Below are positions 60,966 to 64,000 of a stretch of DNA of 64,000 nt, piece after piece. Position numbers and translations under genes: made by a program. The stretch lies in assembly GCF_028641065.1 (NCBI RefSeq), contig NC_073386.1:11656001-11720000 (forward strand), given 5' to 3'. This DNA is from Leucoraja erinacea. Taxonomy: Eukaryota. Each line of letters begins with the position of its first letter. The stretch's first letter is position 1. A model generated the notes under the pieces. The model was not told the origin of the DNA and did no database searches. It saw nothing but the letters and a program-made list of their open reading frames with translations.

Positions 60966-62164
60966 TTAGGTTACGAAGATCCATTGTTGATCGGTTAAGC
61001 ACAGCTAAATCCCATGTTCTTAGCAAGTCAAAGTGTATGTAATAGAACTATAGCTGGCTCTGTGGTTACAAGGGAACTGTTTTAGCATGTGTGGTCAATG
61101 TCAAGGAGCTTTGATCCTTCCTACTTCTGTGCAAGGTATTTGTGAATGAAATGAGGACTAAACGGGTGGGACAACTTACAAGTTGTTGAATAAATAGCGG
61201 TGGAGATGATTAAATACTCCACAAAATACAATTACAGCTCTCGTGAGAAAGAAATAATATCTGATGGCTGATCAACTGGTGAAAGTTGAAAAATAATTAC
61301 AATAAGCTATTCGGTCAATGTTTTGAAGTTTCCACTGAATTAATTTTTCACTATTGTCATATGGTATTGGAGTATACTGGGATTTATAATTTGACAATTA
61401 ACCACCAAGAAATTAAACGATTTTGAATGTGTGAAAGGGAATGTGCATAGCAATGTGCACATGAAGTAATATATACTTTTTTTGTGCCCCAAACCTTACC
61501 TCATTGCATTATTGTGTACAATTGATTTTAATCAAAGTTCATCAATTATAGATAATCATGTTGCATTCAGAGAATTACTAATCTTTCTAGAACATAGTTC
61601 TTATTATTTTTTCTATCCGTTTTGGCTGGAATAAATATGACAAAACAACATGTAACCACTGATGCAAATAAATGTTAACTAAAATAAATCAAATAGCTTT
61701 TTAAGACTAAGTTTCTGTATGTGATCTAATTTTTTCTTCGTGTGACATTAAGCAAATTAAATAAATATGTGAATAACAATTACTACAGCACTTAAGAAAC
61801 GCTAAGAGCCTAATTTTAAATTATCCTAATAATTTGTGAGAAGAGTATGTTTAATAAAAAAGGGGGGGAAATGTAATTGTGCAAAGGTAGATTTCTAGGA
61901 AAGGAATAGTTTTAGAATTTTACTGTAAATAGCTAGAAGGGGAATGAGTTAATTGGCATCAATTCAAACATGACATCATAGAGTTTGAGCACCTTGATAC
62001 AAATTGTTGAAGTCATGGATACAAATTTAAAGTTTATTTTAAATAAAGTCATACTGGAATTGCTTGTTGAATCTACCTGGAGAATGGACAAAATTCACCA
62101 AAATATAAAACAGAAATTGGCTGTTAGTTTCTATTGTATTGCAAACATGTACCAAACACTATTT

Positions 62165-62800
62165 TAGAAACATAGAAACATAGAAAATAGGTGCGGTTGT
62201 AGGCCATTCGGCCCTTCGAACCAGCACTGCCATTCAATATGATTATGGCTGATCATCCAAAATCAGTAGCCCGTTCCTGGTTTTTCCCCCATATCCCTAA
62301 GAGCTAAATCTAACTCTCTCTTGAAAACATCCAGTGAATTGGCCTCCACTGCCTTCTGTGGCAGAGAATTCCACATTTACGACAAAGTCTCCATTGTCAA
62401 ATGCCAGGTCAAATGCCAACACATTGATGCAATCACAAAGAAAGCTCATGAACAACTCGTTTTCTTGGAAGATTGGGGAGATTCAGTATGTCGATGAATA
62501 CCCCATTCAACTGCTACGGTAGAGAGCATAGTGACTGGTTGCATCGGGGCCTGGCTTGGCAACTCCTACACCCAGGAATGAAGGATATCACAGATAGTGG
62601 TAGATATTGCCCTGTCCATCGCAGGTACTAACCTTCCACTATCGAAGTGATCTACAGGGAGGTGCTACCTCAGAAAAGCAGCCAATATCATCAAAGACCC
62701 ACACTACCCTTACCAAGTTCTCATTTTGCTCCAAACATTGATAAAACGGTACAGGAGTCTGTAAAACATTACCATCAGGGTCAGAAACAGCTTTTGGTTC
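62165..62800. mobile_element. CR1 tail (minus, 62165-62377) followed by a degraded Rex1 fragment (plus)
   Basis: (catagaaa)n tail; KAANIIKDP-type Rex1 C-terminal codons at about 62675-62700. Confidence 0.7.
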
Positions 62801-63118
62801 TTGAGCACTGCACAACACTAACCTCAGCAACTATAAACTTTGTTTTGTTATACTACAGACTTTAGGTTTTGCACTAGTATAATTGTGATTAGTTCATTAA
62901 AATTAAATGAAAAATGCATTATATGTTACCTCTGTGCATTCCATTTACTGGCCAGTTAAGCTGAAGCAAGTAAGAATTTCATAAGGACATAAGGGATAGG
63001 AATAGAATTAGGCCATTTGGCCCATCAAGTCAAATCCGCCATTCAATCATGGCTGATCTATCCCTCCTCACCCCATTCTCCTGCCTTCTCCCCATAATCT
63101 CTGACACCCATACTAATC

Positions 63119-64000
63119 GAGAATTGGGGCTCAACACCTCCCTGTGTGCCTGGGTCCTGGACTTTCTCACCGCCAGGCCCCAGGTAGTCAAGATGGGAAG
63201 GAATACATCAAAGTCCCTCACCCTGAGCACAGGATCGCCCCAGGGTTGCTTCCTCAGCCCCCTATTGTACTCCCTGTACACACATGACTGTGTGGCTAGG
63301 TTCAGCTCCAACTCAATAATTAAGTTTGCTGATGACACTGTGGTGGTGGGCCTGATCTCAGACAACGACGAGAAGGCCTACCGGGAGGAGGTGGCTGGTC
63401 TAGCACTCTGGTGCCAGGATAACAGCCTCCTCTTGAACATCAAAAAAAAACGAACAGGAGCGGATCATGGACTTTAGTAGTGCACATCATCCGAGGAACT
63501 CTGATAAATGGGGATCAGGAGGTGCAATATCTGGGAGCCATCTCCGAATATCATGGGAGAGACCCCTTCCAGGCAGCCCTTTACCAACGGCAATGAAATT
63601 CCAGCTGATCCTATGGTCAGGCAAACGCCTCGGGAACATTGCCATGCGGAATTGAACAGAGAGGTTGAGAAGCAGTGTTTCTTCGAACGCAGAGGCTGCA
63701 GGAACTATACATTCAGGAGGTGCAATTGTATCAAGAGCCTACCCCTCTGTTCAGCTGCAGGGACAAACGCCTCTACTGAACAGTTTTTCCCAGAGGCCTT
63801 CGGACTGTAAACGCCATCTCACCAGGGACTAACTCTACTGAACGTTTTTCCTTCCATTATTTATTATGTAAAAGAATATGTGTGTTATGATTGTGTTTAT
63901 AGTTTGTTTGGTTGTTTGGTTGTTTGTCTTTTGCACAAAAGTCCGCGAGCATTGCCACTTTCATTTCACTGCACATCCCGTATGTGTATGTGACAAATAA
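63119..64000 (+). mobile_element. Rex1/Babar LINE RT fragment and 3' end
   Basis: WVLDFLTARPQVV, TGSPQGCFLSPLLYSLYTHDC, IIKFADDTVVVGLI; tail catttcactgcacatcccgtatgtgtatgtgacaaataa. Confidence 0.9.

Overview
Repeat-dominated vertebrate intronic or intergenic DNA. The HE1-type V-SINE, HER1/CR1 LINE and Deu-domain SINE content points to a cartilaginous fish, probably a skate or ray (inference). No host protein-coding exon is recognisable; the ORFs with recognisable protein motifs are decayed retroelement ORFs. Main contents: a near full-length L1-clade LINE (23.8-30.2 kb, minus strand), a Penelope-like GIY-YIG element with many short derivatives carrying a degenerate hammerhead-like motif, Rex1/Babar and CR1 fragments, about 18 HE1-like SINE copies, two solo LTRs of one family, non-autonomous Helitron-like elements carrying TATA/Inr cassettes and minisatellites, two MITE-like elements and a 140-bp GAA-tailed retroposon. 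The most unusual item is a 99-bp LTR-like segment fused to a 44-nt copy of mature tRNA-Leu. Several repeat-free islands look like candidate conserved non-coding elements. Repeat boundaries were read by eye and are approximate unless a TSD is quoted.
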